A stretch of 63,232 bases of DNA, filler included, from Collodictyon triciliatum (lineage: Eukaryota): assembly GCA_043381765.1 (NCBI GenBank). It is 15 parts of 15 records of this genome, joined end to end, with 100 filler letters (N's around TTAATTAATTAA, not from the genome) between each part and the next. Parts side by side here need not be neighbours in the genome. Positions count along the whole stretch, not along the records: positions 26,968 to 31,004 come from JBHJMP010006570.1; positions 31,105 to 35,140 come from JBHJMP010006571.1; positions 35,241 to 39,275 come from JBHJMP010006572.1; positions 39,376 to 43,399 come from JBHJMP010006573.1; 11 more parts are not named here. The stretch is one strand, 5' to 3'. The notes below the pieces were generated by a model. The model was not told where the DNA came from. It searched no databases and worked only from the letters and a program-made list of their open reading frames with translations. Each line of letters starts with the position of its first letter. Positions within the stretch are counted from its first letter, which is position 1. A program made the position numbers and the translations under genes. Below are positions 27,629 through 39,575 of the stretch, piece after piece.

Positions 27629-28198
27629 GAGTTCTTAATTCTATATCTGACAATTAATAAAACTATACATAAAACCAGTACATGAAATCGATGACGAATA
27701 TCTTGCGGACATGCTGCCAGTAGCTAAGAAGATTATAAGTGCCCTCGGCCCCGAGAACTACAATATCCTGCAAAATAACGGGCGCTTGGCCCATCAACAA
27801 GTCATGCATGTCCATTTTCATATCATCCCGAAGCCAGATTCCACCAATGTAACTATGATGACAATAATACATATCTTTGCATAATTTTGGGCAGTGGGTC
27901 TCAAACGTTAATAGCTGACTCCTACAACACAATATTTCTTACTTGGCTTTTTTCTATTTCGATTTCCATCGCAAACCTGAAGCATACCAACAAACGATAA
28001 TGATGGAAAATCATGATCTGAAGAGAGAAAAAAATGCCTAAAATATATGCCAAAATAGACGGTTCTTATCACCCATGCCTTTTTTTTCCCTTTCTTTATG
28101 TAACATAGGGACTCGGGGTCGTTTGGCAACCGAAGAGCGCAAGTGTAGATTCGCTGAAGGCCAGACAAAAGGAAATCTTGGACAAGCTTTCGGCCTGA
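27055..28198 (+). CDS. HINT1: HIT-family nucleotide hydrolase (HINT/Hnt1-like), 3 exons visible
   Basis: DCLFCKIVQKKIPS...FLDINPLSNGHVLVIPKQH|...YNILQNNGRLAHQQVMHVHFHIIPKP|GLGVVWQPK...LSA*, with the histidine triad HVHFH. The start codon is uncertain. Confidence 0.9.
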
Positions 28199-28669
28199 GC
28201 TTTCGCCACGGACAGTTCCACATATGTGATAATATTTCCATGAATATGACTACTATTGGAACATATTTGCTTGAAAAACAAACCCCCAAAATGAAGAAAA
28301 ATCAAAAATTCAAAAATGACAAACAACCTCTTGCCTTGGCCTCAGACAGAACCCGCCCTATAAACCTGCCACCAAACATGCATTTCAAAGAAGCATACTA
28401 TCCACACTTGCGGCGGCAATCATGTTGTTTGGGGTCGATATGTTGACTTTCAGTCGCAATTGCTATGCGGCCGTCCTTTCGAACTCGCCAAATCAGCTCT
28501 CAGCGTTTTGTCTCAAATCACTTATATAAAAAAAAAAAACAACTTCGTGTGACTGCTTGCCACAATGCGCATATTTTGAGGGTCTCGGTGGATGCTTAAT
28601 TTTACATCAATTGATTTTGTGCAGTTATTTTTTATTTATTAAATTGACTGATTGACTAAAGTTTTATTA

Positions 28670-30612
28670 CAATTGAAAACTCGGCAGTTTTCTAAAGGAA
28701 AAAGTAAAGCAAAGACTTTCAGATAAAGAAAAGAAAAAGGTCTTGAGTCTGATTATCTAAAGTATGTAAAACCAGACTATCGAAATGTGAAAACATCTCT
28801 GAAGTCGATTGTAAAGAATGCGAATGACTATTACAAAAAACGATACTGTTTTATTGTGTCATAATTTGGTTACAGACGCTTATCTGTTTGCAAGATGTTA
28901 CATATTGAAATCATAACAACTCCCAACAACCGATGAAATGGGTTTTTTGTACGCTTTAAAGACAGTTCAGAGTAGTTTCACAAGGTAGACTCGCAAGTTT
29001 TTTTTTTAAAAAAACCAGAAAAGGGCTACGACATGATTACTTTTTATCTCTATGATTTTCGATTCCTTTTGTCCCGAGAAGAACGCTTTCCGTTGGTTAG
29101 ACTGTCTCACGTATTACTGTACTTGGCGAAGCAAATGTTAACAGCTTATCATAATAACATTAAGGAGCATTTTGTAAAGAGGTTTCTGCGCTTTATAAAT
29201 CAAACAGTTCCTAAAGATGAGAATATTACGGAAGCTATTAAAAAGGCAGAGTTACGAAAGTTAAAAAAGCCATCTTCAAGAACCTCGAAATACCGAAAGA
29301 ATATAAAGATAAGACTAAAATACATCTGCATCATATCATTCCCAGCAAAGTTGTAAAAGGTATCGAATATGACGTCAAAGTCAATCCAGATAAGTACATA
29401 CCATGTCTGATTTACATGAATCGCATTTTTGGGGACATTGGAACCAAACTGTTTCAACCAATCTCTACAAGAACTACCAATATACCATATCGTATTACTC
29501 TAGATATTGTATGTTTGATAGATTTATTAGTATTATCTGAAAAAGAATCACTACTGAAGAATATATCAGGATGCAAAGAGACCTATGGGATGATTATTTT
29601 GAAATGAAGAAGAGGGTCTTTCATCAAACAGACTACAATTTCAAATACATAATACAAACAGACGGCTTGGCGGTGTCATTATTATTTGAAAAGAAAGGTA
29701 TTTCAAATTCAAAAATCAAAAATAATCAAAAAAAACCCGAGATTATGTTTATATAGATGAACTTTCCGAAGAGCAATTATCTTCATTAGCGACAAAAAAA
29801 TAGTTAGAGTGGACGCATGCAAGTTTGATTTGGTTTATATGGTGGATGAGACAAGTAAGAAATTACGTTACACGGCTCACCAAAGAAGACATGATAGCAA
29901 ATCTCTTAAAAATCACAAAATACCCTTGCGCGAAAAAGAAAGTAGAAAAGTACAACGCTTCAGGGATATGTATGGCAACGGGTTTACAAAGTGCTGTTTC
30001 TTTTGGTCTCATGACTTTTGAAGAGAATCAGTGGTTTGAGACATTAAGAGTATCTTTAATCGATTTAGAGACAAAACTGAGTAAACATAATTCATGCGCG
30101 GTCGATTATGAGAAATTTCGGAAACATTTATCTATGAAATCAAGATACTAGATATAATTATCCAGATTTTATAAACAAGTAACTTTTCGAAAGAATGCGA
30201 GCATGGAGACAGTATGTTAATGCAAAAAGAAGTGAAGAATTCTTTATGGACCGAATCGAAAAGACATTTGGCAAGGATGTTGTACTGGCGTATGGATGCT
30301 GGAGCAGAAAATCTCCGATGAACCATTCTATGCTAACAATCGGAAGAGGATTACGAAAAATACTATCCAAGCGTTTTGAAACAGTTAGTGTAGATGAATT
30401 TAGGACGTCCAAGAAGTGTTTCAACTGCGAAAAAGAACTGGAATATATGACACTGAATGGAAATTCAAAAAAAAGTGCATAGATGTCTCATATGTAAAGA
30501 ATGCCATCGCTCAGAAAGCAAACAAAGTATATTCTTGACAAGGGACTTTAACAGCGCTAAAAATATACTCAAAAAAGTTCTTTTAAACCTTCAAAATATT
30601 CGTACACATCTC
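28670..30612 (+). pseudogene. Fanzor1 (eukaryotic TnpB-like RNA-guided RuvC nuclease), near full length, frameshifted
   Basis: Intronless. Pieces in order: RNVKTSLKSIVKN, LYLAKQMLTAYHNNIKEHF, YDVKVNPDKYIPCLIYMN, LFQPISTRTTNIPYRITLD, IQTDGLAVSLLF, RuvC-I IVRVDACKFDLVYM, VLAYGCWS, RuvC-II VSVDEFRTSKKCFNC, zinc finger CKEC, RuvC-III TRDFNSAKNI. Confidence 0.88.
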
Positions 30613-30622
30613 TAAAAAATAC

Positions 30623-30741
30623 AGGCTGTTGGGGCTTTCCAGGCAGCCTTCACCACTACACGACCTTTGTGAAAAAAGTGGTGAGACTTTGGGTATTAGC
30701 ACACCAGGTTTACCAATTGAAAGGTATTAATACTCCTTCTA
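30623..30741 (+). ncRNA. Candidate Fanzor omegaRNA scaffold / element right end (copy 1)
   Basis: Non-coding and immediately after the RuvC-III end. Consecutive hairpins: AGGCTG..CAGCCT, TCACCACT..AGTGGTGA (inner CACGA/TTGTG) and GACTTTGG..CCAGGTT. Conserved in the second copy at 58869-58987. Confidence 0.6.
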
Positions 30742-30934
30742 TTAAAGATAAATAAATCAAGAATGGAAACTGCCAACGCGAATCCTTATCTCCAGCTTAT
30801 ACTACACGGCGCGCATTAGATATTCTTTCGTCGTGTCACCTTTTGAGTAATCTTTGATCGCTTCACTAGAAGCCACATTTCACTTCTAGAATGCCAGGAT
30901 GTATCGTTGACTCTTATTATTATTGTTATTATTA

Positions 30935-31004
<70 letters not shown>

Positions 31005-31117
31005 NNNNNNNNNNNNNNNNNNNNNNNNNNNNNNNNNNNNNNNNNNNNTTAATTAATTAANNNNNNNNNNNNNNNNNNNNNNNNNNNNNNNNNNNNNNNN
31101 NNNNAAAAAAAAAAAAA

Positions 31118-31177
<60 letters not shown>

Positions 31178-32319
31178 GAAATATATGATAATCAAATCAA
31201 ATAAAAAGCAGTACCAATACCAAAAAAAATTAACCACATGGCACCAACCAATACTGATGAAAGGCAAAATATCTAGTGCGCTCGCAAGGCTTCCAGGAAA
31301 AAAGAAAATGGACAAGAATTCCACGAAATGGGAAAGAACGAGGTTGAGTTCCCGGAAGACCTTGAGCGGATAATGTACGGTAAAAAGAATACGAAGATAT
31401 AGGAAAGTAAAAGTAAAAGTAAAAGTAAAAGAAAAAGAAAAAGAAAAAGAAAAAGAAAAAGAAAAAGAAAAGGAAGAGGAAAAGGAAGAGGAAAAGGAAG
31501 AGGAAAAGGAAGAGGAAAAGGAAGAGGAAAAGGAAGAGGAAAAGGAAGAGGAAAAGGGAAAATAAAAGAAATAGCTTCGTTCCTCACGCCCATCTTTCGA
31601 TGGATTCCAATCACCACCACCAGAAAACTCACCCATGTAATTACACGGCCGATATGCAATCGTTGTCCTTCCATCCCTTTGAATCGAATATACGCAACAA
31701 TGCCTGATAACACAATGACAAGTCATCAAAAACCAAATTATAAAAGAGAAAAAGAAGCAAATAAACAAAAACAAAAGAGACTTTATCTGGCTTACCACTT
31801 GGTGCTGTAAACGGGGGTTCTCTTTTCCGGTGCTGGTGTTCAAACTTCTATCTCCGAGTCACATCACACAAAGCAAGTACAGCGCAAGTTTTTTTAAATT
31901 GAGTTATATTTGAACGCGTTACTTTCAGTTCAAGTGCTTTCCTTAGATTCTATCCGCCCACTTTTTCCTTTTTGAAGTCCATCGCTATTTACAAGATTGA
32001 TAACAACCTCAAAAACTCTATCTTTTCATCAAAAATATATAGAGAATCAAGCGCACGTGACCCTCTCGCAAAGCACCTGCGATGGGTTCAGTTCAGTATC
32101 GTGGATATGTTCATTTCACTATAAAGAAGAATTTGTTTATTTTCCCAACGTAGAACTCATCGGGGTTATCACGGAGCCATCTGCCCACGCACGTGTCCAA
32201 TTACTAGTACTTGAAGCCTCTGCGCAGTGTCAACAAACAATTTAGTGGTGTGTACATGCACCTGAAATAAATATTCCTTAAAAAAATGAATAAGGAGAAC
32301 TAGATGGAAAAAGTTTCAA

Positions 32320-34898
32320 TGAAGAATTCTACTTTGTCGGTATACTAGTTTACGTCGCATTTGAACATCCTCAAAAATCGGAATAAGCTTGGTCCAATCG
32401 ATGAGCACAGTCTGTTTGACAGGTTTGCAGTTTTTCAAGCGACTATTATTCAAAAGATGTGAAACGATAGCTCAAAATGAATGCATGTTTTAAGGAAACG
32501 TGTTGACTCATTATTGTGTTATATTAAGTTCATCGGTGTATTTATTTCAACTGTTTGGTAGTGAACTTACACGTCTGGGTCCATGCGGACAAGTTCCATC
32601 GTGGCGACACTTGTGAGTCGATGCCGGATTTCAGTGAAAGTGTTTCTGTGTTGTGATGAAATTGAGAAGAGACAACGAGATAGGATAATTCGATGAAATA
32701 CCAATTAAATTTATGTGTCGCTTATAATATGTCACTTTGAGTGTGGATGAGCTTACGCAAAGTTGCTATCAGCTATACTATGGGGCAGCAACATTAAGAT
32801 GCCGTAGAGACTCTTGTATAGATACGGGTGCTTTGTTGGCTCTAGAAGTTTCAAACGCAAGTCTACATGAAAATTGAAATTCAAGTCAGAAAACAAAATA
32901 TATCAACGATTTCAAAACCAAATACTCGACCAAACAAAAAAAGTATAAAAAAGGATGGAATCCTAATATGTGTGAAATATCGAATAAATAGGCTGGAAAA
33001 CCTGTGAAAATAGGGGACTCTATCAATTGAACGATTTGGTCAACTTCAAGCAAAAATGTTTGCGTAATTTCCATTTCCGCGCTTAATTAAAATTATGGTG
33101 TTAATAAAGAGTTGACCCAATATCAGGATATGAATAAATTAAATGCAGTGTAAGTTAATGATTGAATTAATAATATCACCCAAATATGTGGACAGAATAT
33201 GCTACTCACAATTTTGTAATAAGGGCACTTGAATGCTCATAAGCCCCAGCAAGCAAACAAAGACAATATAAAGATGCGGGATTATGACACCTAATCAAAT
33301 ATCTTTTTGATTATGAAATGTATATGTATAATGCGAATGCTCGAATCTTAATGTATATGTTTCTGTTTTTTTTGTTCTTCCTTCTATTATATGACACCAA
33401 AAGGAAAAGGAAAAGGAAAAGGAAAAGGAAAAGGAAAAGGAAAAGGAAAAGGAAAAGGAAAAGGAAAAGGAAAAGGAAAAGGAAAAGGAAAAGGAAAAGG
33501 AATACGAATAAGAATAAAATTGAACCCTGATTGAATCATTTGTCAAGAACTAACATACCATGGTTTGTAAAGGGACAAGAAGAGATCGCGCCCCTCCGTT
33601 GCTGAAATATCCTTGAGGGAATTTCTTAGTCCTTCCATATGGCTATCAGTCAGCAGAATTGTATTAAGGATGCGGACAACGGAGAGAGCAAAGTCATGAT
33701 TCTACAATATTTAAATTCGTATTCCAAATTGAAACTTTGAAATTCATTATTAAAGGATGGTCTAAAGAAAAAACAGCGAAAAGAGAAAAAAGAGAAAAGT
33801 AAATATTTGGTTTTCGCCCAAATCGGAGTTGATAATTTGTTGCATCATGTTTACCTCCTCTTTCTGAATAAACTGTGAAAAAGCGCGGTACATCCTCTCT
33901 GGACCCAACTTGGAACACAAACTTCTGATGACCAGGTTCCCGTTCTTTTGTAGTAAGTTTGTTTCTGACCTATTGGGACGTTTGTTGAGATGTAACACAA
34001 CAGAAGTAGCTAAACAAAAGACATCAATTCCTTCAAGTTGAGGAATAATTAAGTACACATTTATCATCTAAAATAGACACCAGTTTTCATTCTTACTCGA
34101 ACAACCGCAGTACTCTATCAACCAATTGTGAAAAATATTTTTCGATCAGAGATATTTGTGATATTAAATCAAGGTCGACAGTAACCACCTGAAGAAGCCA
34201 TTTTTTTTTTAAAGAACATATATATATATTAGAAAGCTAGGAAATAGCCGAAAGATACCCATGGGGACTTTTTAATATATAAATTGAACATGGTTACACA
34301 TAAATTAATTGAAATAAATTCAACCGACAAATGTTCTTCTGTATGTTCACAAACAATTTACATTTTCTTCTGGGTCTCCCAAAAGCTTGATCAAAGCTGG
34401 GAATATTTGGTCAAGGTGTGGCTCCATTTTATCAGAAAACTGGAGTAGTTTATTCCTCGTGAGCAAAATAATCTTCATCAAAAGTACAGAAAGGAGGTTA
34501 TGACAGGAGAAAAAAAAATGTGGGATTCACAAAAAACCTGGACAAATAGGGTCATCATGCAGTTGAGCACAGAAAGTTTAGTCCATTTGTTAGGGTCGTT
34601 TATCTGTGGGCGGTAAAGCAACTTGCAGATGAGCTTATTTTTCAGGCTATATTCGTATACGAAAAATAAAAAAGGCATAGAAGGAAACACACCGCTTCAA
34701 TCAAAACGTCAAACAACGGATCTAAGTCGTATGTTGGGTCGGTAACGATGATTCCCATTAGAGCGACATTTGCTTTCGTAGATATTTGTTGGATGTCTAA
34801 TTTTAAACACATTATAATATCAGCTTTGTTTGCGCCCACCACACTTCAGTATAGGATATCGAACTTTAGGACATTAGAGTCTCGTGTGATTCTGGTTT
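32320..34898 (-). CDS. VAC14: VAC14 (PIKfyve/Fab1 complex scaffold), C-terminal half, multi-exon
   Basis: IFPALIKLLGDPEENV, GNLVIRSLCSKLGPERMYRAFS, VVRILNTILLT, EITQTFLLEVDQIVQLIESPIFT|LRLKLLEPTKHPYLYKSLYGILMLLP, IDWTKLIPIFEDVQ. The 3' end is approximate. Confidence 0.88.
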
Positions 34899-35985
34899 CT
34901 TGCGATATTGAAAAAAAAAAGAAAAAAAAGAAAGAAAAAAAAGAAAGAAAAAAAAAGAAAGAAAAAAAAGAAAGAAAAAAAAGAAAGAGAAAAAGAAAGA
35001 GAAAAAGAAAGAGAAAAAGAAAGAGAAAAAGAAAGAGAAAAAGAAAGAGAAAAGAAAGAGAAAAAGAAAGAGAAAAAGAAAGAGAAAAAGAAAGAGAAAA
35101 AGAAAGAGAAAAAGAAAGAGAAAAAGAAAGAGAAAAAGAANNNNNNNNNNNNNNNNNNNNNNNNNNNNNNNNNNNNNNNNNNNNTTAATTAATTAANNNN
35201 NNNNNNNNNNNNNNNNNNNNNNNNNNNNNNNNNNNNNNNNAAAACATAAAAACATAAAAACATAAAAACATAAAAACATAAAAACATAAAAACATAAAAA
35301 CATAAAAACATAAAAACATAAAAACATAAAAACATAAAAACATAAAACAAAAACAAAAACAAAAACAAAAACAAAAACAAAACAAAAACAAAAAAACAAA
35401 AAAAACAAGAAAAACTTTTTCGTAGTCACATTTTATACCTATTTATACATATTTTCAGACATCTGTTCTGAGTTCTCAATTTTATCTGTCATCAATAGAT
35501 TTATTTTGGAATCTCTGTTGATGATTTTCTTTTCGTCCATACTAAATGTCATCACATAATCAAACCAACAAGGCGACCAGATATAGTTTCAAGAACACAC
35601 TCCCCTTCAAACCGCGAGCACACGTTAGATATTAAGGTTTCATTCGCACATGACGAAATATTTCAAACATCCCCTATCTGTCTCTTTTGTTCAATTTTTT
35701 ATCTTACAAATACATTCAAAGAATCTTATAAATACCTTCCTTTCCTTATCTCAAATTCAACTTCAAAGTCGATAATGGGCCAATTCCTTACTTTTCCTTT
35801 TTCTCTTTGGGAGTTATATCTTTGATATTGAAAAAGAACACATATGTCAGTACTGTATTTCATGGTGATTTTTCTGCTTTTGTGTTGAAACAAATTATTT
35901 TTATTCTTTTCTGTTATGATTAATATTAATATTAGTTATTTTCTTCCATAAATCTTTAAATTTCGTTTCAAATCATGCCATTTAG

Positions 35986-38685
35986 GGACTGAAAGACCGT
36001 CTTTATCAGCTGGAAGTCATGGTCAAGCAGCAAGAAGAAATCCTATCCCAATCAAAGTCAGAATATAAACAAAAAATGTTTGATATAGAAAAAAAAGCCC
36101 ACGAAAGTCGAAGTTATGCACAGAGCCATGAACAAAGAGTTTTATCAATACACAAAAGCACTGAATTGAAAATGTCTGGAGAAGTTTCTGCCACACCAAA
36201 AACCTCAATACATTCACAGAATATGCCAGGGTCTGCTCATCCTTTTCGTTTACACATACGTCTCTTTCTTCTTTCTTCTTCTTCTTCTTAATTGCCTTCC
36301 ACCCCGTTATGATATACCAAATTCTATGCAACTGATAACGTATATTAGCTGAGCATTAGCACACACTAAGTTTACATACAAAGTATATCGAGGGAATATG
36401 ATGTTACGTCCCGTATTCACGACGACAAAAGAGATGAGCAGGAATTATCGTCCCTTTTTGAAAAACACCGGCATGTGAATCGGAGCAAGACATCAACTTC
36501 TTCGACGACAAGAGAAAACCTTTCTCAATCAAATTTAACAAAAAACGTACCCACGGATTCGTCATCAAGCTTTGTAATATTTCTTCGATTTTTTAATTGA
36601 AGAGAAACTTAGATTTTTCTGGATATCCATGTAATCTATTCCTAATATTATCCAACCATTATTCAATTATTTTGAAAAGACGTTTGAGCCACCATCCTCT
36701 AGCACCAGTAAATTTACCACATTCAACCATGAGAATGCACTAAAGCAACTTGGCCCCACATTCATGAAACCAAAAGCGCCTTCAAAGGTAAGTTTGCATT
36801 GTCTTCATTTTTTTTTGTTGTTGTAGAAATATATGCTATATGGGACGATTTAAAATTTTAAAGATGAAAATGAGACAATCCATCTGTAATATTTGTGTCA
36901 TAGGACACGCCATCCGCTATGGAGCCCATTTTGCGTCCGTTGCGCATAACCAAGGGGGATTCGTTGATATTGTCCAGTGTGTGGCATAATTCATCCACAT
37001 CATTCGTATTTAATATGCCTGTTTATGTCCAGTAGTTTTTTTTATAAAAAAAAACTATGAGAATGATTCCTCTGTGGAAGACTGCCATTTTTGAGACAAA
37101 AACATTTCATTCTGTGGAAATAGTTATATCAGCTCGCGGCCTTCAGGATAGTAATGAAGCCCATATAAATTCATATGCACACGTCACCTTGCGCGACCAC
37201 GAAGCAAAAACTGGGGTTGTGAAGAAAAGTGCATCGCCTGTGTGGAACGAATCATTCAAATTGTATGGTAGTTTCAGAAGATCTAATCCGCATATCCTCA
37301 TGCTATCTTCATTCATTGGAGTGGGTGGTAGTATTTCTGAATATTAATTATTTTTTTTAAAAAAAAACCTTAGTTTGGTGGAGAGTACGTTCGACAAGTT
37401 GAAAATAGACGTATGCAATCTTGTGGAACCTGGGAGCCAATCTACTATTGGGCATACAATTATTCCTGTCGCATCTCTTCAAGAAATTGCGTGGTACGAG
37501 CTTGAGAATAAAGGCAAGGATGATCTTAATATATTTTAACGAAACGATCAACTATATAGTAGGAATCCACTCTATAGATCTTTATATATATATGATATCT
37601 CAGAAGACCTGCATTTTTTCTTTGCTACAATTCGACTCTGATTTCTTACTCATTATCATCAAAAACTTCAGGACACTTTGCAGGAGACATCAAAATTCAA
37701 GTGAGAATAGATTCAAAGAGGCAGTCTTTGGACGAAATGAATCCAGTCGAACTGAAGGAACATTATGAGCCTTTTTCTTCAGCCGAAGTATAGTCTAATT
37801 CAGTTGGTATGTAGATACAAAATCTCATTTTTTGTTCACCAAAGGTCGATGATGGGAGCAAAGGAAAGGCAAAAGGGAGACAAAAAACATCGCGAATATT
37901 TACTCAGTTGGTTTTAGATGGTTTGGACTCTTACTTGTTGTCTCTTGTGTAAATCATATATCAGCTAGGCTACTTCGATGTTTAGAAATTACAATGAGAA
38001 AACACTTTTCACCAATTCATTTAAACGGCTCTTTTCTTAGTGGTACAAGCCAAAGACTTTCCACCTGGTGACCGACAAAGTCCTTTTATTTCCTTTTCTT
38101 CTTCTTTATGGATATAAATTATCTATTGCAAATCATTTTGCAAAAATAAAAATAAAATTGTGCACAAAATCCTCAAACTTGGTCCGTTTGCTATTAGGAG
38201 CTTTTGAGCCGTATGTAGTTGTGAAGGTGGCAGGCCAGGAAATGAAAACAAAGTCAGCGAAAAAAAGCAATTTTCCAAAATGGTTCTCTTGTTTTTATTT
38301 CGAATCAAACATTAGCCTAATCATTTTCTGGTATTTACAAAATGGTATATACAATCCAACCACATTCATTCTGAAACTCATTTGGGTTGGTCTTCATAAC
38401 CATACCACCAGGAATGAATCACACACGTTTGAAAATGTCGAACGAAACGACCGGCTCCAAGTTAGTGTGTACGATTGGGATATTTCTTCAAGTTTGTTAC
38501 CATATTGTTGATGTGTTGCTTCCATAATACACTGCTGCTTAACCAAGGGAATATGCTGGTTCAATATTACATATATTCATATTTTAATGAACGAAATATA
38601 ACACTTTTGATAGACATTGAATGGATTGGGTTCACTGTTATACGTCTGGAGAATATCTCTGAGAATCACGAAAACTGGTTTCAGG
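35986..38685 (+). CDS. Tandem C2-domain protein, partial, multi-exon
   Basis: C2-1: VISARGLQD..NSYAHVTL..KTGVVKKSASPVWNESF. C2-2: VQAKDFP..EPYVVVKVAGQEMKTKSAKKSNFPKW|NESHTF..LQVSVYDWD..WIGFTVIRLENI..ENWF. Confidence 0.75.
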
Positions 38686-39136
38686 TACTTACACAACCCC
38701 ATCCCTGGAATGAGACATATAAACACCGCTGCCCAATCGGAAGGAAGAATAGAAAAAATAAAAATAAAAAAATAAACATCACTGCCCAACCACCACAGAG
38801 GTCTATCCTGGCCGTCTGTGCATGTCTTTCGCTTCTTCTGGCCTGTAAAGTTAACTTTACTCTTTTCAATTAGCTCACTAATCTCGGAAGGAAAGGAGAG
38901 AAAAAGGCCGGGTCCATCTTCCTGAGATTCGAATTCCACCCCAGCTGACAAACAGCGGCAAATAAACAAACAACTCACCACACGCCTCAGCCACACCCAA
39001 AAGAAGGGACAGTTCAAATATACCATTTATGGATACAATCTAGATCTACCCAAAGAAGGAAGGCCTCCTCTAGAACATTACGGAACCCTCTCGAAATATC
39101 TTTTCTTCCGCGCACAAAGTCGGATTAGAAAAAAAG

Positions 39137-39221
<85 letters not shown>

Positions 39222-39375
39222 AAAAAAAAGAAAAAAAAGAGAAAAAAAGGGTGGGGCTTGTTCATACATAAACAANNNNNNNNNNNNNNNNNNNNNNNNN
39301 NNNNNNNNNNNNNNNNNNNTTAATTAATTAANNNNNNNNNNNNNNNNNNNNNNNNNNNNNNNNNNNNNNNNNNNN

Positions 39376-39467
<92 letters not shown>

Positions 39468-39575
39468 TTACAAGAATTATAGTATGAACAATTTTATTAC
39501 ATTTAGTGAATTAACAATTTTTTAATGAATAATAATAATAAAACTTTCTGGCCTTATACACAATGATACTACCAG

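Noticed and set aside
31230-31720. Possible minus-strand exons of a small membrane protein
   Set aside because: No recognisable family and the frame is ambiguous, so it is not reported as a feature.
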